Shown: positions 20,863-30,941, numbered from the stretch's first letter. The stretch: 64,000 nucleotides of DNA from an uncultured Bacilli bacterium (GCA_947632065.1 CANRNO010000002.1:234-64233), one strand, 5' to 3'. Translations and numbers: made by a program. The notes: a model not told the origin generated them from the sequence alone.

Positions 20863-21150
20863 TTAATCTTCTACTCTTACAACAATATGACGTAGAATAT
20901 TTTCATTAATTAATACTACTCTTTCAAATTCTTCAATTGCATCGTTACCTGCTTCTACAGTAAATAAGAAATAGTATCCAGTCTTATGTTTTTTAATTTC
21001 ATAAGCTAATTCTTTTTGACCCATTTCTTTTTCTTCTAAAATTTTAGCTTTCTTTTCTTGAAGAAGTTTTTTAAGTGAATCTACTACATTCTTAACTTCA
21101 CCATCTTCAATATCAGTTCTAACGATAAACATTAATTCATATTTTCTCAT
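20863..21150 (-). CDS. rpsF: 30S ribosomal protein S6
   Basis: MRKYELMFIVR N-terminus and rpsF-ssb-rpsR gene order. Confidence 0.95.
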   Translation of the reverse strand: MRKYELMFIVRTDIEDGEVKNVVDSLKKLLQEKKAKILEEKEMGQKELAYEIKKHKTGYYFLFTVEAGNDAIEEFERVVLINENILRHIVVRVED

Positions 21151-21215
21151 TATTACACCTCCTTCTGGACATAAGGCCTATTACTAGGCAAGGAGTATTT
21201 AAAATACTCGAATGT

Positions 21216-21244
21216 ATTATAACAGATTTTTAACAAACTAGCAA
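21216..21244 (-). promoter_or_regulatory. Sigma-A promoter of the rpsF-ssb-rpsR operon
   Basis: Minus strand reads TTGCTA - 17 nt - TATAAT with an upstream TG (TGTTATAAT). Confidence 0.55.
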
Positions 21245-21344
21245 GAATATATTTTATATATCAAAATATATTCCTAAACTACATTTTTTATACTTTAAAA
21301 TGATATATCAAAACACATTTTATAATAATAGACATTTTACTATG

Positions 21345-21391
21345 TAAAAAATAAAGTAAATAACAATTCAAAATGTAAAGTTATTTACTTT
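21345..21391 (-). terminator. Rho-independent terminator of ychF
   Basis: Perfect 12-bp stem AAAGTAAATAAC / GTTATTTACTTT with a 15-nt loop, followed by a U-rich tract on the minus strand. Confidence 0.6.
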
Positions 21392-21400
21392 ATAATTTTA

Positions 21401-22501
21401 TTAAACATTAAAACGAAAATGACAAATATCTCCATCTTGCATTAAATAATCTTTTCCTTCAAGTCTTGCTTTTCCTGCCTCTTTTACTGCAATTTCACTT
21501 CCACAAGATATTAAATCTTCATATGACATTACTTCTGCTCTAATAAAACCTTTTTCAAAATCAGTATGAATAATACCAGCACATTGTTTAGCATTCATAC
21601 CTTTTTTAAAAGTCCAAGCTCTAACCTCATCCTTACCAACTGTGAAATAAGTTGCAAGACCAAGTAAATCATAAGTTGCTTGAATTAAATCATCAAGTCC
21701 AGAAGTTTGCATATCTAAACCTTCAAGTAACTCTTTTTTCTCTTCATCTTCAAGCTCAGATAAATCTTCTTCTAATTTTGCACATACAACCACTACCTTA
21801 GCATCTTCTTTTTCTGCATACTCTCTAACTTGTTTAATATAATCATTATCTCCTTTACCTATCATACCTTCTGAAATATTAGTAATATATATTATAGGTT
21901 TTATAGTTAAAAAATTATATGACTTCAAAGCAATTCTCTCTTCATCAGTAAATTCAACTAATCTCAAAGGTTTATTTTCCTCTAATGCTTCTTTAGCTTT
22001 TTCTAAAGCATCAAGTTCCATAAGCTCTTCTTTTCCTTTAGTAGTTCTTGCTTTCTTTGATACTTTATCTAGTCTATTTTGAATAATTTCTAAATCTGCA
22101 ATAGCAAGTTCCAAATTAATAGTCTCAATATCTCTAATTGGATTTATTTCACCATCAACATGAATTATATTTCCATCATCAAAACATCTAACCACTTCAA
22201 CTATCGCATCAACTTCACGTATATGAGATAAAAACTTATTACCTAAACCTTCTCCAGTAGATGCTCCTTTTACTAATCCTGCAATATCAGTAAACTCATA
22301 AGTAGTAGGTATTTTCTTATTAGGTTTATACATATCATTTAATTTTTCAATTCTCTCATCAGGCACTACTACAACACCAACATTTGGATCAATAGTCGCA
22401 AACGGATAATTTTCCGCTAAAATTTTTTGTTTTGTAATAGCATTAAACAAAGTAGATTTTCCTACATTAGGAAGTCCTATAATTCCTGCACATAAACTCA
22501 T
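21401..22501 (-). CDS. ychF: Ribosome-binding ATPase YchF
   Basis: AGIIGLPNVGKSTLFNA P-loop and the C-terminal TGS-like GKDY.MQDGD. Start set at the ATG at 22501 (MSLCAGIIG). Confidence 0.95.
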   Translation of the reverse strand: MSLCAGIIGLPNVGKSTLFNAITKQKILAENYPFATIDPNVGVVVVPDERIEKLNDMYKPNKKIPTTYEFTDIAGLVKGASTGEGLGNKFLSHIREVDAIVEVVRCFDDGNIIHVDGEINPIRDIETINLELAIADLEIIQNRLDKVSKKARTTKGKEELMELDALEKAKEALEENKPLRLVEFTDEERIALKSYNFLTIKPIIYITNISEGMIGKGDNDYIKQVREYAEKEDAKVVVVCAKLEEDLSELEDEEKKELLEGLDMQTSGLDDLIQATYDLLGLATYFTVGKDEVRAWTFKKGMNAKQCAGIIHTDFEKGFIRAEVMSYEDLISCGSEIAVKEAGKARLEGKDYLMQDGDICHFRFNV

Positions 22502-22558
22502 ATTATCCCTCATTTCTCTACTGTATTATACCAACAAAAAAAGTGTATTTCAACACTT

Positions 22559-24160
22559 TTAAATTGTAGGGTATACATTTGGTCCGATTGGAAGACCTAA
22601 TAAATACCAACCAAATATAATAACTAACCAAACAGTTAAACTAACTAAGAAATATGGCATAATTAATTTTATAGATTTTGTAATTGTAATTGGTTTTGAT
22701 TTTTCTTTATTATAAATATTCATATAACCTAAATAAATTGTAAATGCTGCTAGTAAAGGTGTTATTCCATTAGTCATAGAATCAGATGCTCTCATTATAA
22801 ATTGAGCAAACTGTGGTGACACATTAGATTGCATTAACAAAGGAACAACTACTGGTGAAAATATTTGCCATTTTATTGTTGGAGATGTTAAAAATAAATT
22901 AGAAACAGCAATAACAACAATAACTAAAATAATTAAAGGAATTCCTGTAAAATTAAGTGATTGAACTAAATTAGCAAGATTACCAGCGATTACAGTACCA
23001 ATTTCTGTTTTCTTAAATATTGCAATAAACTGTGAAGCAACAAACATAAGTAAAATAATACTACCTATTTTTTCAAAATTTGAAGTTGCTTTTTCTACTA
23101 TATCTTTATCATTCTTTACACTTTTAGCACCTATTCCATAAGCAAGTCCTACACATAGAAATAAAACACTCATCATAAAAGTAAATCCATCTTGGAAATA
23201 AGCACTATCTCCAAATATTTGATTTAAATACGTTTCTTGTTTCATATCTAAAAGTAAACCTGATTGTGGAAGATTAGGAATCAGCATATATATAAAAAGT
23301 GCTACAACTATAAATCCAGTAACTAATGCAAAACGTAATCCACGTTTTTGATTTTTCTCTTTTTCTATTTTTCTTTGTTCAAATTCTTCTATATCTATAA
23401 TATCTAATTCTTGAGTTTTACTAAAATTCTTTTCTTCTTTATAAGCACTTAATTTAGGAGCAATAAATTTTTCTATTGCAATAGTACCAAATATAGCAAG
23501 TGCAAACATACTAAATATAATTATAAAAAGATTAGAACTTAAACTAATATGTGCAGTCTCATCTATCAAATGAGCAGCACTTGTTGTATAAGGAATAAGT
23601 GATACTTCCATAGAACCAATAAAAACAGAAACACCATATCCAAATGCAACACCACAAAATGCTGTTATTATTCCAAGCAATGGATTTCTTTTTAAAACAC
23701 CATAAATTATAGCAGCAAGTGGTATCAATATAGCATATCCAACATCATTTATTAAAGAAGAAAGTATTCCTAAAAATAAAATAATAAATGTTAATTTAGG
23801 TTTATTTAATTTTCTTAAATACTTTTTACTAAATGCTTCTAAAAACCCAGTTGCTTCACAAACACTTATACCTATTAATGATATTAATAAACTAGCAAGT
23901 GGTGCGAAACTAACAAAGTTAGTAGCCCAGTTACTAATTATATATTTCATACCATCAAAATTTAACAAACTTTCAACAGAAACCATAGTTGTCTCTAAAT
24001 CATTTATATTTTCATTAACCAATTGATAAGTACTCTGAAAACCTAATTTTTCTAATAAAGCACTTAATAATACTACAATAAGACTTAAGAAAAGAAATAC
24101 TGTAATAGGATGAAAATAAAACTTTTTAAGTTTTAATTTTCTTTTCTTTGATAACTTCAT
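22559..24160 (-). CDS. AbgT-family transporter
   Basis: 533 aa polytopic membrane protein. The N-terminal HPITVFLFL..LLS and SLLNFDGMKYI..N..NFVSFAPL match my memory of the AbgT family. Confidence 0.75.
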   Translation of the reverse strand: MKLSKKRKLKLKKFYFHPITVFLFLSLIVVLLSALLEKLGFQSTYQLVNENINDLETTMVSVESLLNFDGMKYIISNWATNFVSFAPLASLLISLIGISVCEATGFLEAFSKKYLRKLNKPKLTFIILFLGILSSLINDVGYAILIPLAAIIYGVLKRNPLLGIITAFCGVAFGYGVSVFIGSMEVSLIPYTTSAAHLIDETAHISLSSNLFIIIFSMFALAIFGTIAIEKFIAPKLSAYKEEKNFSKTQELDIIDIEEFEQRKIEKEKNQKRGLRFALVTGFIVVALFIYMLIPNLPQSGLLLDMKQETYLNQIFGDSAYFQDGFTFMMSVLFLCVGLAYGIGAKSVKNDKDIVEKATSNFEKIGSIILLMFVASQFIAIFKKTEIGTVIAGNLANLVQSLNFTGIPLIILVIVVIAVSNLFLTSPTIKWQIFSPVVVPLLMQSNVSPQFAQFIMRASDSMTNGITPLLAAFTIYLGYMNIYNKEKSKPITITKSIKLIMPYFLVSLTVWLVIIFGWYLLGLPIGPNVYPTI

Positions 24161-24173
24161 ATTTCAATCACTC

Positions 24174-24362
24174 CTAAGAGATTACCTTTTTTATTTTCTT
24201 ATTAAATTCTATTCTAGGAAGTAAAATAGATCTTCCACAATTTATACATTTTATTTTTATATCAGCACCCACTCTAGTAACTTCAAATTCATTTGTACCA
24301 CAAGGATGTTGTTTTTTCATAACTACTCTACTACCTAACTTATATTCTAAATTATTTTGCAT
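24174..24362 (-). CDS. DUF951 family protein (YyzM-like)
   Basis: MKKQHPCG.NEF.V.R.G.DIKIKC..CGRS.LLPR.EF motif, and the same neighbourhood as B. subtilis yyzM. Confidence 0.8.
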   Translation of the reverse strand: MQNNLEYKLGSRVVMKKQHPCGTNEFEVTRVGADIKIKCINCGRSILLPRIEFNKKIKKVIS

Positions 24363-25179
24363 TATGTACCTCTATCTGATTATAAGGAATTTTAATCGAA
24401 GCATCTTTCAATGCTTTCGCAACTTCCTTTCTCATAATTCTTTGAACATCATACTGCTTCATAGATTCAACAGGAGCAGTCATTCTATATATTATCGCAC
24501 TTTCGTCTAAATCGTCAATACCTAATACTTCAACTTCTCCTTTTAGATAATCTAATTTTTTAGTTAATTTCTTTGCAAGTTTATTTAAAACTTTATCCAC
24601 TTCATCTAAATTACTTTCATAAGCAACAGAAAAATTCAAAATAGCAACAGAATCATTAATATTATAATTGATAATTTTACTAATAGAATGATTAGCAATT
24701 ATCATAGTAGACCCATCAATGCTTTTTATTTTAGTAGATCTTAAACCCACAAAAATAACTTCTCCCATAAAATTATCTATTTTAACAGTATCTCCTATTT
24801 CAAATGCATCATCTGCAATCATAGAAATACCCGCAATAATATCTTTCGCTGTATCTTGAAAAGCAAGTCCTATTAATGCAGCAGAAACTCCAATACCAGC
24901 AATTATACCACTAACATTAACACCAAATACAGATAAAATATAAAGACCGACAAATATATAAATTATATACTTTGTAAAGTTTATAAATAATGATTGCAAT
25001 GTCTGTAATTTTTTCTTTTTATATCTAGATTTAGTTTTACTTTTTTTAATAGTAGAAATAATAAAATTCTTTACAAATTTATAAACACAAATACCAAGTA
25101 TTATACTTGTTAAACAAGCAAATAACTTTTCTAATATTAATGTTAACTCAATACCAAACACTGCCATATTATCACCCAC
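24352..25179 (-). CDS. Small-conductance mechanosensitive channel (MscS family)
   Basis: Three N-terminal TM helices, then GDTVKIDNFMGEVIFVGLRSTKIKSIDGSTMIIANHSI, the MscS beta-domain signature. Confidence 0.8.
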   Translation of the reverse strand: MGDNMAVFGIELTLILEKLFACLTSIILGICVYKFVKNFIISTIKKSKTKSRYKKKKLQTLQSLFINFTKYIIYIFVGLYILSVFGVNVSGIIAGIGVSAALIGLAFQDTAKDIIAGISMIADDAFEIGDTVKIDNFMGEVIFVGLRSTKIKSIDGSTMIIANHSISKIINYNINDSVAILNFSVAYESNLDEVDKVLNKLAKKLTKKLDYLKGEVEVLGIDDLDESAIIYRMTAPVESMKQYDVQRIMRKEVAKALKDASIKIPYNQIEVHNAK

Positions 25180-25181
25180 TT

Positions 25182-26078
25182 TTAATTAGTCAAATTCATA
25201 ATTTCCAACAATCTATTTAAATCATTTTGATTAACAAATTGAATTTCTAAACGATTATTTTTAATTTTTACTTTTGTTCCTAATTGTTCACACAAAACAT
25301 CTTCTAAATATTTATATTCTGAAGACTCTTTCTTTTTAGGAGTCGCAATTTTATTTTTTCTAGTATATTCTTCATCTTCCTTTGTTACTTCTTCTAACTG
25401 TCTAACACTAAGACCATCATTAACAACTTTACTTGCTAAAGACTTAATTTGTCCTTCATTTTCTAATTTACTAAGAACTCTAGCGTGTCCCATACTTATC
25501 TTTTTTTCTGTTATTAAATCTTTAACAGAGCTTGGGAGATTAAGAAGACCTATCATATTAGTAATATGACTTCTACTCTTTCCTAAACGTTTAGCAAGTG
25601 CTTCTTGTGTTATTTTTAAATGCTCTAACATTTTTTTATAAGCAGCTGCTTCTTCTATTGCAGTTAAATTTTCTCTTTGTAAGTTTTCAAGCAAAGCAAT
25701 TTCCATCATTTCATCATCAGTAAAATCACGTACTATCGCAGGAATTTCTTTAAGTCCTGCTATTGTTGAGGCTTTTACTCTTCTCTCACCAGCAATAATT
25801 TCATAACCTTTAATGCTTTTTTTAACAATAATAGGTTGAAAAACTCCATGTTCTTTTATTGACTCTGATAATTCTTTCAATGATTCTTCATCAAAATTTT
25901 GACGAGGTTGATATGGATTACTACGTAATTCAGAAATATTAACTTTTACAATTGCTTCTTTTGGAGTTTCTGTAATAATTCTTTCTTCAACTTTATTATA
26001 ATCCATTGGTTCATTAGAAAATAATTCTTCTAATCCACGTCCTAAAGCTTTTCTCTTATTACTTTCCATTTCTTTCAA
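25182..26078 (-). CDS. parB: Chromosome partitioning protein ParB/Spo0J
   Basis: NPYQPR box, GERR motif, and an HTH region LGKSRSHITNMIGLL..ISMGHARVL that resembles the Spo0J type rather than the Noc type. Confidence 0.9.
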   Translation of the reverse strand: MKEMESNKRKALGRGLEELFSNEPMDYNKVEERIITETPKEAIVKVNISELRSNPYQPRQNFDEESLKELSESIKEHGVFQPIIVKKSIKGYEIIAGERRVKASTIAGLKEIPAIVRDFTDDEMMEIALLENLQRENLTAIEEAAAYKKMLEHLKITQEALAKRLGKSRSHITNMIGLLNLPSSVKDLITEKKISMGHARVLSKLENEGQIKSLASKVVNDGLSVRQLEEVTKEDEEYTRKNKIATPKKKESSEYKYLEDVLCEQLGTKVKIKNNRLEIQFVNQNDLNRLLEIMNLTN

Positions 26079-26844
26079 TCACTTCCTTAGCTAAATTTAT
26101 ATAAGCCTCACTCCCTCTACTTTTAGGATCATAAGCAATAATTGGTTCTCCGTGAGAAGGAGCCTCAGTAAGTCTAATTAATCTAGGAATAATTGTATTA
26201 TATACTCTCTCTTTAAAGAATTTTCTTATATCATCCACTACTTCAAATCCTAAATTAGTTCTAGAATCCAACATAGTAAGAAGAACTCCTTCTATATCTA
26301 AATCAGGATTCAAACTTTTTTGTGCTAACATAATTGAATTTAAAAGTTGCATTATACCTTCTAATGCAAAAAACTCACATTGTACTGGAATAATTACTGA
26401 ATCAGATGCAGCAAGTGCATTAGTTGTAATTAAACCAAGAGAAGGAGGACAATCAAGAATTACATAATCAAAAGAATCTTTTATAGTATCTAAATGACTT
26501 TTTAATTGTGTACCCTTAGAAAAATCCTTTGTTGTTATTCCTTTTTCAATCAATTCAAAATCAAGTCCAGCTAAATTAATAGTCGCTGGAATAACATATA
26601 ATTTTTTATACTTTGTTTTAATAATAGCTTCATTAATTAAACATTTTGAAACTAATACATCATAAATACTTTTATCAATATCCCCTTTATTAATACCAAC
26701 ACCAGTAGTTGTATTACCTTGAGGATCTAAGTCTATAAGTAGAACTTTTTTTCCAAGTAAAGCTAAAGATGCTGAAAGGTTTATGCTTGTTGTTGTTTTA
26801 CCTACTCCACCTTTTTGATTTACTAAAGATATTACTTTGCCCAT
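26059..26844 (-). CDS. parA: Chromosome partitioning ATPase ParA/Soj
   Basis: Deviant Walker A NQKGGVGKTT. Overlaps parB. Confidence 0.95.
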   Translation of the reverse strand: MGKVISLVNQKGGVGKTTTSINLSASLALLGKKVLLIDLDPQGNTTTGVGINKGDIDKSIYDVLVSKCLINEAIIKTKYKKLYVIPATINLAGLDFELIEKGITTKDFSKGTQLKSHLDTIKDSFDYVILDCPPSLGLITTNALAASDSVIIPVQCEFFALEGIMQLLNSIMLAQKSLNPDLDIEGVLLTMLDSRTNLGFEVVDDIRKFFKERVYNTIIPRLIRLTEAPSHGEPIIAYDPKSRGSEAYINLAKEVIERNGK

Positions 26845-26875
26845 ACATACCTCACCTTTCTTCTCTACTTACAAT

Positions 26876-26884
26876 ATTGTACCA
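26876..26884 (-). promoter_or_regulatory. Extended -10 element (TGGTACAAT) upstream of parA
   Basis: Minus strand reads TGGTACAAT about 30 nt upstream of the parA ATG. The -35 element is weak. Confidence 0.35.
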
Positions 26885-26946
26885 AAAAATGAAATATTTT
26901 GAAATGCTTTTACATAAAAAAATTAAGTTTGTTTTTTTCTATCACA

Positions 26947-26982
26947 CAAAAAACAACATATTAATTTTTAATATGTTGTTTT
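26947..26982 (-). terminator. Rho-independent terminator after the noc-like gene
   Basis: 13-bp perfect stem AACAACATATTAA / TTAATATGTTGTT plus a U-tract on the minus strand. Confidence 0.7.
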
Positions 26983-26984
26983 AA

Positions 26985-28595
26985 TCAATCATTTTCTTCT
27001 TCTACTTGAGGCTTTTGAATTTTGATAACAATCTGATATGAGTTTTCAAAATTCATTTCCTCTGTATCTATTTTTAAATTATTTTTCTCTAAACTTCTAA
27101 CAGTATCACGTATAGTATTTATTCCAGCTTGAACATCATAATTAACTGCTCGTTTTCTATTCGCTTCTTCCTTATCTTCTTTCAATTCTGGATAAGCATC
27201 TTCTTTTAAAGCATCACGATAAGAAGTAGCTTTCAAATAATCAGAACTAACTCCCCCACTTTTATTTTTTCTTTCAAATTCTTCTATTGTTGGAGTCTTA
27301 AATAAAGTTTCATCAAAATGAGCAAAATCTGGTTCTTTCTCTTCTTGGTCTGCTTTTTCATCTTTTTCAGGTTCTTTATAATTTTCTAAATCTTCTTCAT
27401 CAAAAGAATCATCATAATCATCACTATCTTCACTCACATCAAAAGAATCATTTTCATCCATTTCCTCTTTTGGACTCATCTTAGGTGGCCTAATATTTAA
27501 TAAACTATCCAAAGATGAAACAGAAGGACCATTATCATTATCTGAGTTTGGTAAATTTTCTTCTGTAGAAAAGAATCTATTACTCTCAGATAAATCATTA
27601 TCTTCCCTTGGTGTTGAAGTAAATTCAAAATTTTTCTGTGAAGAATCATCATCGTCATCATCATTATCTAAATCAGGATCAATCTCACCATAATTAATAA
27701 ACTTAGGTTTCTCGATATCCAAAAAATCATTATCTAATTTATCTTCATTCTTAGCTTCATCTATCAATTGTGGCTTATAAGAATCATCTCTATCATTTTC
27801 TTTATCTATTTTATTATTATGCTCTAACTCTTTTGTAACATCATCAAAATCTATTAAAGTATCAGGTTTAGGTGGAACATGATGTTTTTCTTCTGGATCT
27901 GGGTTTTCAAATGAATCAAATTTAAATTCCTGTGATTTTTCTTCTTGTCTTTCTTCTTCATCAGGACGTGTCTTATTCATTTCTTCATTCATATGTTGAC
28001 CATGTTTTATCAATCTTTCTAATTCTCTTACTGTAATACGTTCTTGAATTACTTTCTTAACAAGTTTCTCTTGCTCCTCTTTATCAGGAACAGAAAGTAA
28101 AGTTCTTGCATGTCTCTCTGAAATTTTCGCATTCAAAAGTGCATTTTGTACACCTTCTGATAAAGACAATAAACGTAATTTATTAGCAACTGCTGATTGA
28201 CTTTTTCCCATAGTCTTTGCAAGTTCTTCTTGTGTCATTTGATCTATTTCTAATACTTTTTGATAAGTCTTTGCTTCTTCTATAGGGTTAAGATTTTTTC
28301 TTTGTAAATTCTCAAGTAAAGCAACTTTAGAACTTTCTTTATCATCTAAATCACGAATTATTGCAGGAATCTTAGTAAGACCTGCTTTTGCAGAAGCTTT
28401 ATATCTTCTCTCACCAGCAATAATCTCATATTTTTCACCATTTCTACGAACAATAATAGGTTGAATAACACCATGTTCTTTAATAGAAACAGCAAGTTCC
28501 TTCAAAGATCTTTCATCAAATAATTCCCTAGGTTGAAAACGATTAGGTATTATATCATCTAAATATAAATATACAACCTCATTCTCTGAATGCAT
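26985..28595 (-). CDS. noc: Noc-like ParB-family protein with a long acidic internal region
   Basis: ParB N-domain (NRFQPR, GERR). HTH GKSQSAVANKLRLL..ISERHARTL resembles B. subtilis Noc (GKGQSTIANKLRLL..ITERHARAL). About 280 aa of D/E/N/K-rich low complexity precede a short C-terminal domain. ATG at 28595 preferred over the GTG at 28607. Confidence 0.75.
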   Translation of the reverse strand: MHSENEVVYLYLDDIIPNRFQPRELFDERSLKELAVSIKEHGVIQPIIVRRNGEKYEIIAGERRYKASAKAGLTKIPAIIRDLDDKESSKVALLENLQRKNLNPIEEAKTYQKVLEIDQMTQEELAKTMGKSQSAVANKLRLLSLSEGVQNALLNAKISERHARTLLSVPDKEEQEKLVKKVIQERITVRELERLIKHGQHMNEEMNKTRPDEEERQEEKSQEFKFDSFENPDPEEKHHVPPKPDTLIDFDDVTKELEHNNKIDKENDRDDSYKPQLIDEAKNEDKLDNDFLDIEKPKFINYGEIDPDLDNDDDDDDSSQKNFEFTSTPREDNDLSESNRFFSTEENLPNSDNDNGPSVSSLDSLLNIRPPKMSPKEEMDENDSFDVSEDSDDYDDSFDEEDLENYKEPEKDEKADQEEKEPDFAHFDETLFKTPTIEEFERKNKSGGVSSDYLKATSYRDALKEDAYPELKEDKEEANRKRAVNYDVQAGINTIRDTVRSLEKNNLKIDTEEMNFENSYQIVIKIQKPQVEEEND

Positions 28596-28706
28596 ATAAT
28601 CACCCACTTTTATTCTCTTTTAATAACAAAACCCCTATTATCAATATACATTATATCATTAAAACCTATAAAATTACAATAAATTTTCTTACTTTTATTA
28701 TAATTT

Positions 28707-28733
28707 ACAAAAAAAAGAAGAAATTATTCTTCT
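28707..28733 (-). terminator. Rho-independent terminator of spoVG
   Basis: AGAAGAA-UAAU-UUCUUCU hairpin with the stop codon in the loop, followed by a U8 tract on the minus strand. Confidence 0.6.
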
Positions 28734-29011
28734 TCAGTTTCTTCTTCATGAGGCTCTTCTGCTTCATTATAAGCATTAATTACAGCTTCTTCAAACATTG
28801 CTCTTACTTCAGGATTTATAGGATGTGCTATATCACGATATCCTCCTGTTGCAGTCTTACGACTAGGCATAGCGATAAATAATCCATTATCACCTTCAAT
28901 TATACGAATATCATGAACTGCAAAACTATCATCTAATAATACTGATGCAATTCCTTTCATACGAGATCCTTCTTTTTCGATCTTACGTACATTAACTGAT
29001 GTAATCTTCAT
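28724..29011 (-). CDS. spoVG: Septation/regulatory protein SpoVG
   Basis: [11 protein letters not shown]...[27 protein letters not shown], a typical SpoVG sequence. Confidence 0.95.
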   Translation of the reverse strand: MKITSVNVRKIEKEGSRMKGIASVLLDDSFAVHDIRIIEGDNGLFIAMPSRKTATGGYRDIAHPINPEVRAMFEEAVINAYNEAEEPHEEETEEE

Positions 29012-29096
29012 CTTTTATCCTCCTTTTAGCATTTAAACTTTATAATAATATTTTATACTAAATACATAGAAAATGCAACAGTTTTTAAAAAAATAC

Positions 29097-29315
29097 TTAT
29101 TCGATAATTTCTAAATTTTCAATAAGAATATCACTATATGTAAATGACTTAATTCTATTATCTTGTGTTTGTGTTTCTATAATAAAAACAGCAGGATATG
29201 TATCTATTATTCTACCTTCAAATTCTTCAATTTGATTTCTTGCACCATTAAATTTAAATTTTAACAATTTACCTTTTTTTTGACTCATTTCATTTCTTAT
29301 CTTTTCAACATTCAT
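29097..29315 (-). CDS. veg: Veg protein
   Basis: 72 aa with a GR....EG.I..TYP.VF pattern and yabG-veg gene order as in B. subtilis. Confidence 0.8.
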   Translation of the reverse strand: MNVEKIRNEMSQKKGKLLKFKFNGARNQIEEFEGRIIDTYPAVFIIETQTQDNRIKSFTYSDILIENLEIIE

Positions 29316-30100
29316 CTAGGAAACCCCACATACATAGTACCATTTGTAATAATTCCTCCTATCCCATTAGAACCATATTTTGTTTTTTCTATCATACTTA
29401 ACAAATCTATACTTTTATTTTTCTCAGACAAAGCAATAGAACTAGCAATAATAGCAGGATCAAGTGCGTGAATATTTATTCTTTTAGGACTTGAAGCAAA
29501 ATTTGCTCCTGCTTTTATAAGTTGCTCATAATTAGATTGACAAGCACCAGCAATTATAATAAGTTTATCTTGACTTTTTTCATATTTACGAGCTTCTTTA
29601 ATAGCACTTACAAAATTCTTACTATTTTGATAATTATTAATATCTTCTATATCATTCTTACGTCTATAATAGGCATCATGACCAGTTATAACTACAATAT
29701 CAGGTTTATACTTTTCTAAATAATTTCTTATTTCTAAAGGCATAGCATTCTCTTTTAAATCAACACCATAAGCCTTTACTTTTATATCTTTATAAAACTT
29801 CAAACATCTTTCTAAATAATCTTGATCTCCATCTATATGTAAAATTGTTCCTGGTATATAAAAATATTGACTTCTATCCAAATTAATATCCTTTTTATTT
29901 TCTTCTATTATTTTTCTATCATCTTTTAAAGAATCTATATCATCATTTTCTTTTTTTAAATCTTCTATATAACTATCAGCATAAAGTCTTAAATCAACAC
30001 CTTTTAAAATTACAACACCTTTATTAATTTCCAAAATTTTAAAAATTATGTCATTATCATGAGAATTACGACTTACAATATCACCAACTTTAAAATTCAT
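29312..30100 (-). CDS. yabG: Sporulation-specific protease YabG
   Basis: N-terminal FKVGDIV.R.SH..DI.F.I, the central HIDGD and VITGHDA motifs, and rsmA-yabG-veg synteny. Start approximate; the ORF track extends to 30160. Confidence 0.8.
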   Translation of the reverse strand: MNFKVGDIVSRNSHDNDIIFKILEINKGVVILKGVDLRLYADSYIEDLKKENDDIDSLKDDRKIIEENKKDINLDRSQYFYIPGTILHIDGDQDYLERCLKFYKDIKVKAYGVDLKENAMPLEIRNYLEKYKPDIVVITGHDAYYRRKNDIEDINNYQNSKNFVSAIKEARKYEKSQDKLIIIAGACQSNYEQLIKAGANFASSPKRINIHALDPAIIASSIALSEKNKSIDLLSMIEKTKYGSNGIGGIITNGTMYVGFPR

Positions 30101-30146
30101 ATTCCTCATCTCCAAAAAATTATATGAAAACAAAAAGAAAATATTA

Positions 30147-30941
30147 CTAACAAATCTCATTAGTAATATCTACAAACACCTCAAGAGGAAGTTCTTCTGC
30201 TCTAACTCTCAAATCTTTATTATATTTTTTTAATACTTTCTCTATCTTCTCTAAATCATATTTTTTTAAATTATTTCTTATATTTTTTCTTTTAAATTGA
30301 AAACTATCCTTTACTAAATTATAAAAAGTATCTATATTTTTCACTTTCAGTTTCTCTTGTTTTTCAATAAGTTCAATTACAACACTATCTACATTTGGTA
30401 CTGGTTTAAATTCATAACGAGAAACATTCATCATTTTTCTTAATCCATATGAATAACTAAGTATTACACTCAAAGCATTATAACTACGAGTTCCACTAGT
30501 TGCACTCATCCTTTCTCCAAGTTCTTTTTGAACCATCATTACTATCTTTTTAAATCCAATAGAAGAATCAACCAATTTAAATAAAATAGGTGTAGTAATA
30601 TAATAAGGAACATTACTTACAAAATAAACATTATCAACTTTATATTTTTTTATATCTTCTTCAATATTTCTTTTTAAAAAGTCATCAAATATAAAATCAA
30701 TATTTTCTACATTTTTAAATTCTTCATTTAAAACTTCTTTAAGCTCATTATCAATTTCATAAGCCAAAACATATTTTGAATATTTTACTAACTCTTTGGT
30801 TAAAGCACCACTTCCTGGACCTACTTCAATTACTAAAGAATTACTTAAAATATCTGTCTTCTTTACCATATTTTCTATAATTACTTTATTTTTCAAAAAA
30901 TTTTGACCAAACTTCTTTTTAAAATTAAAATTATCATTCAT
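30147..30941 (-). CDS. rsmA: 16S rRNA (adenine1518/1519-N6)-dimethyltransferase
   Basis: KKFGQNFL, EVGPGSGALT and NVPYYITTPI motifs. Confidence 0.95.
   Translation of the reverse strand: MNDNFNFKKKFGQNFLKNKVIIENMVKKTDILSNSLVIEVGPGSGALTKELVKYSKYVLAYEIDNELKEVLNEEFKNVENIDFIFDDFLKRNIEEDIKKYKVDNVYFVSNVPYYITTPILFKLVDSSIGFKKIVMMVQKELGERMSATSGTRSYNALSVILSYSYGLRKMMNVSRYEFKPVPNVDSVVIELIEKQEKLKVKNIDTFYNLVKDSFQFKRKNIRNNLKKYDLEKIEKVLKKYNKDLRVRAEELPLEVFVDITNEIC

Noticed and set aside
27150-27995. Repetitive-looking DNA in the noc-like gene, and similarly at 32830-33010 in sipW. Considered as possible tandem repeats or a CRISPR-like array.
   Set aside because: The periodicity comes from in-frame low-complexity Asp/Glu or Lys/Ser/Glu coding sequence. 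There are no regular repeat-spacer units and no cas genes.
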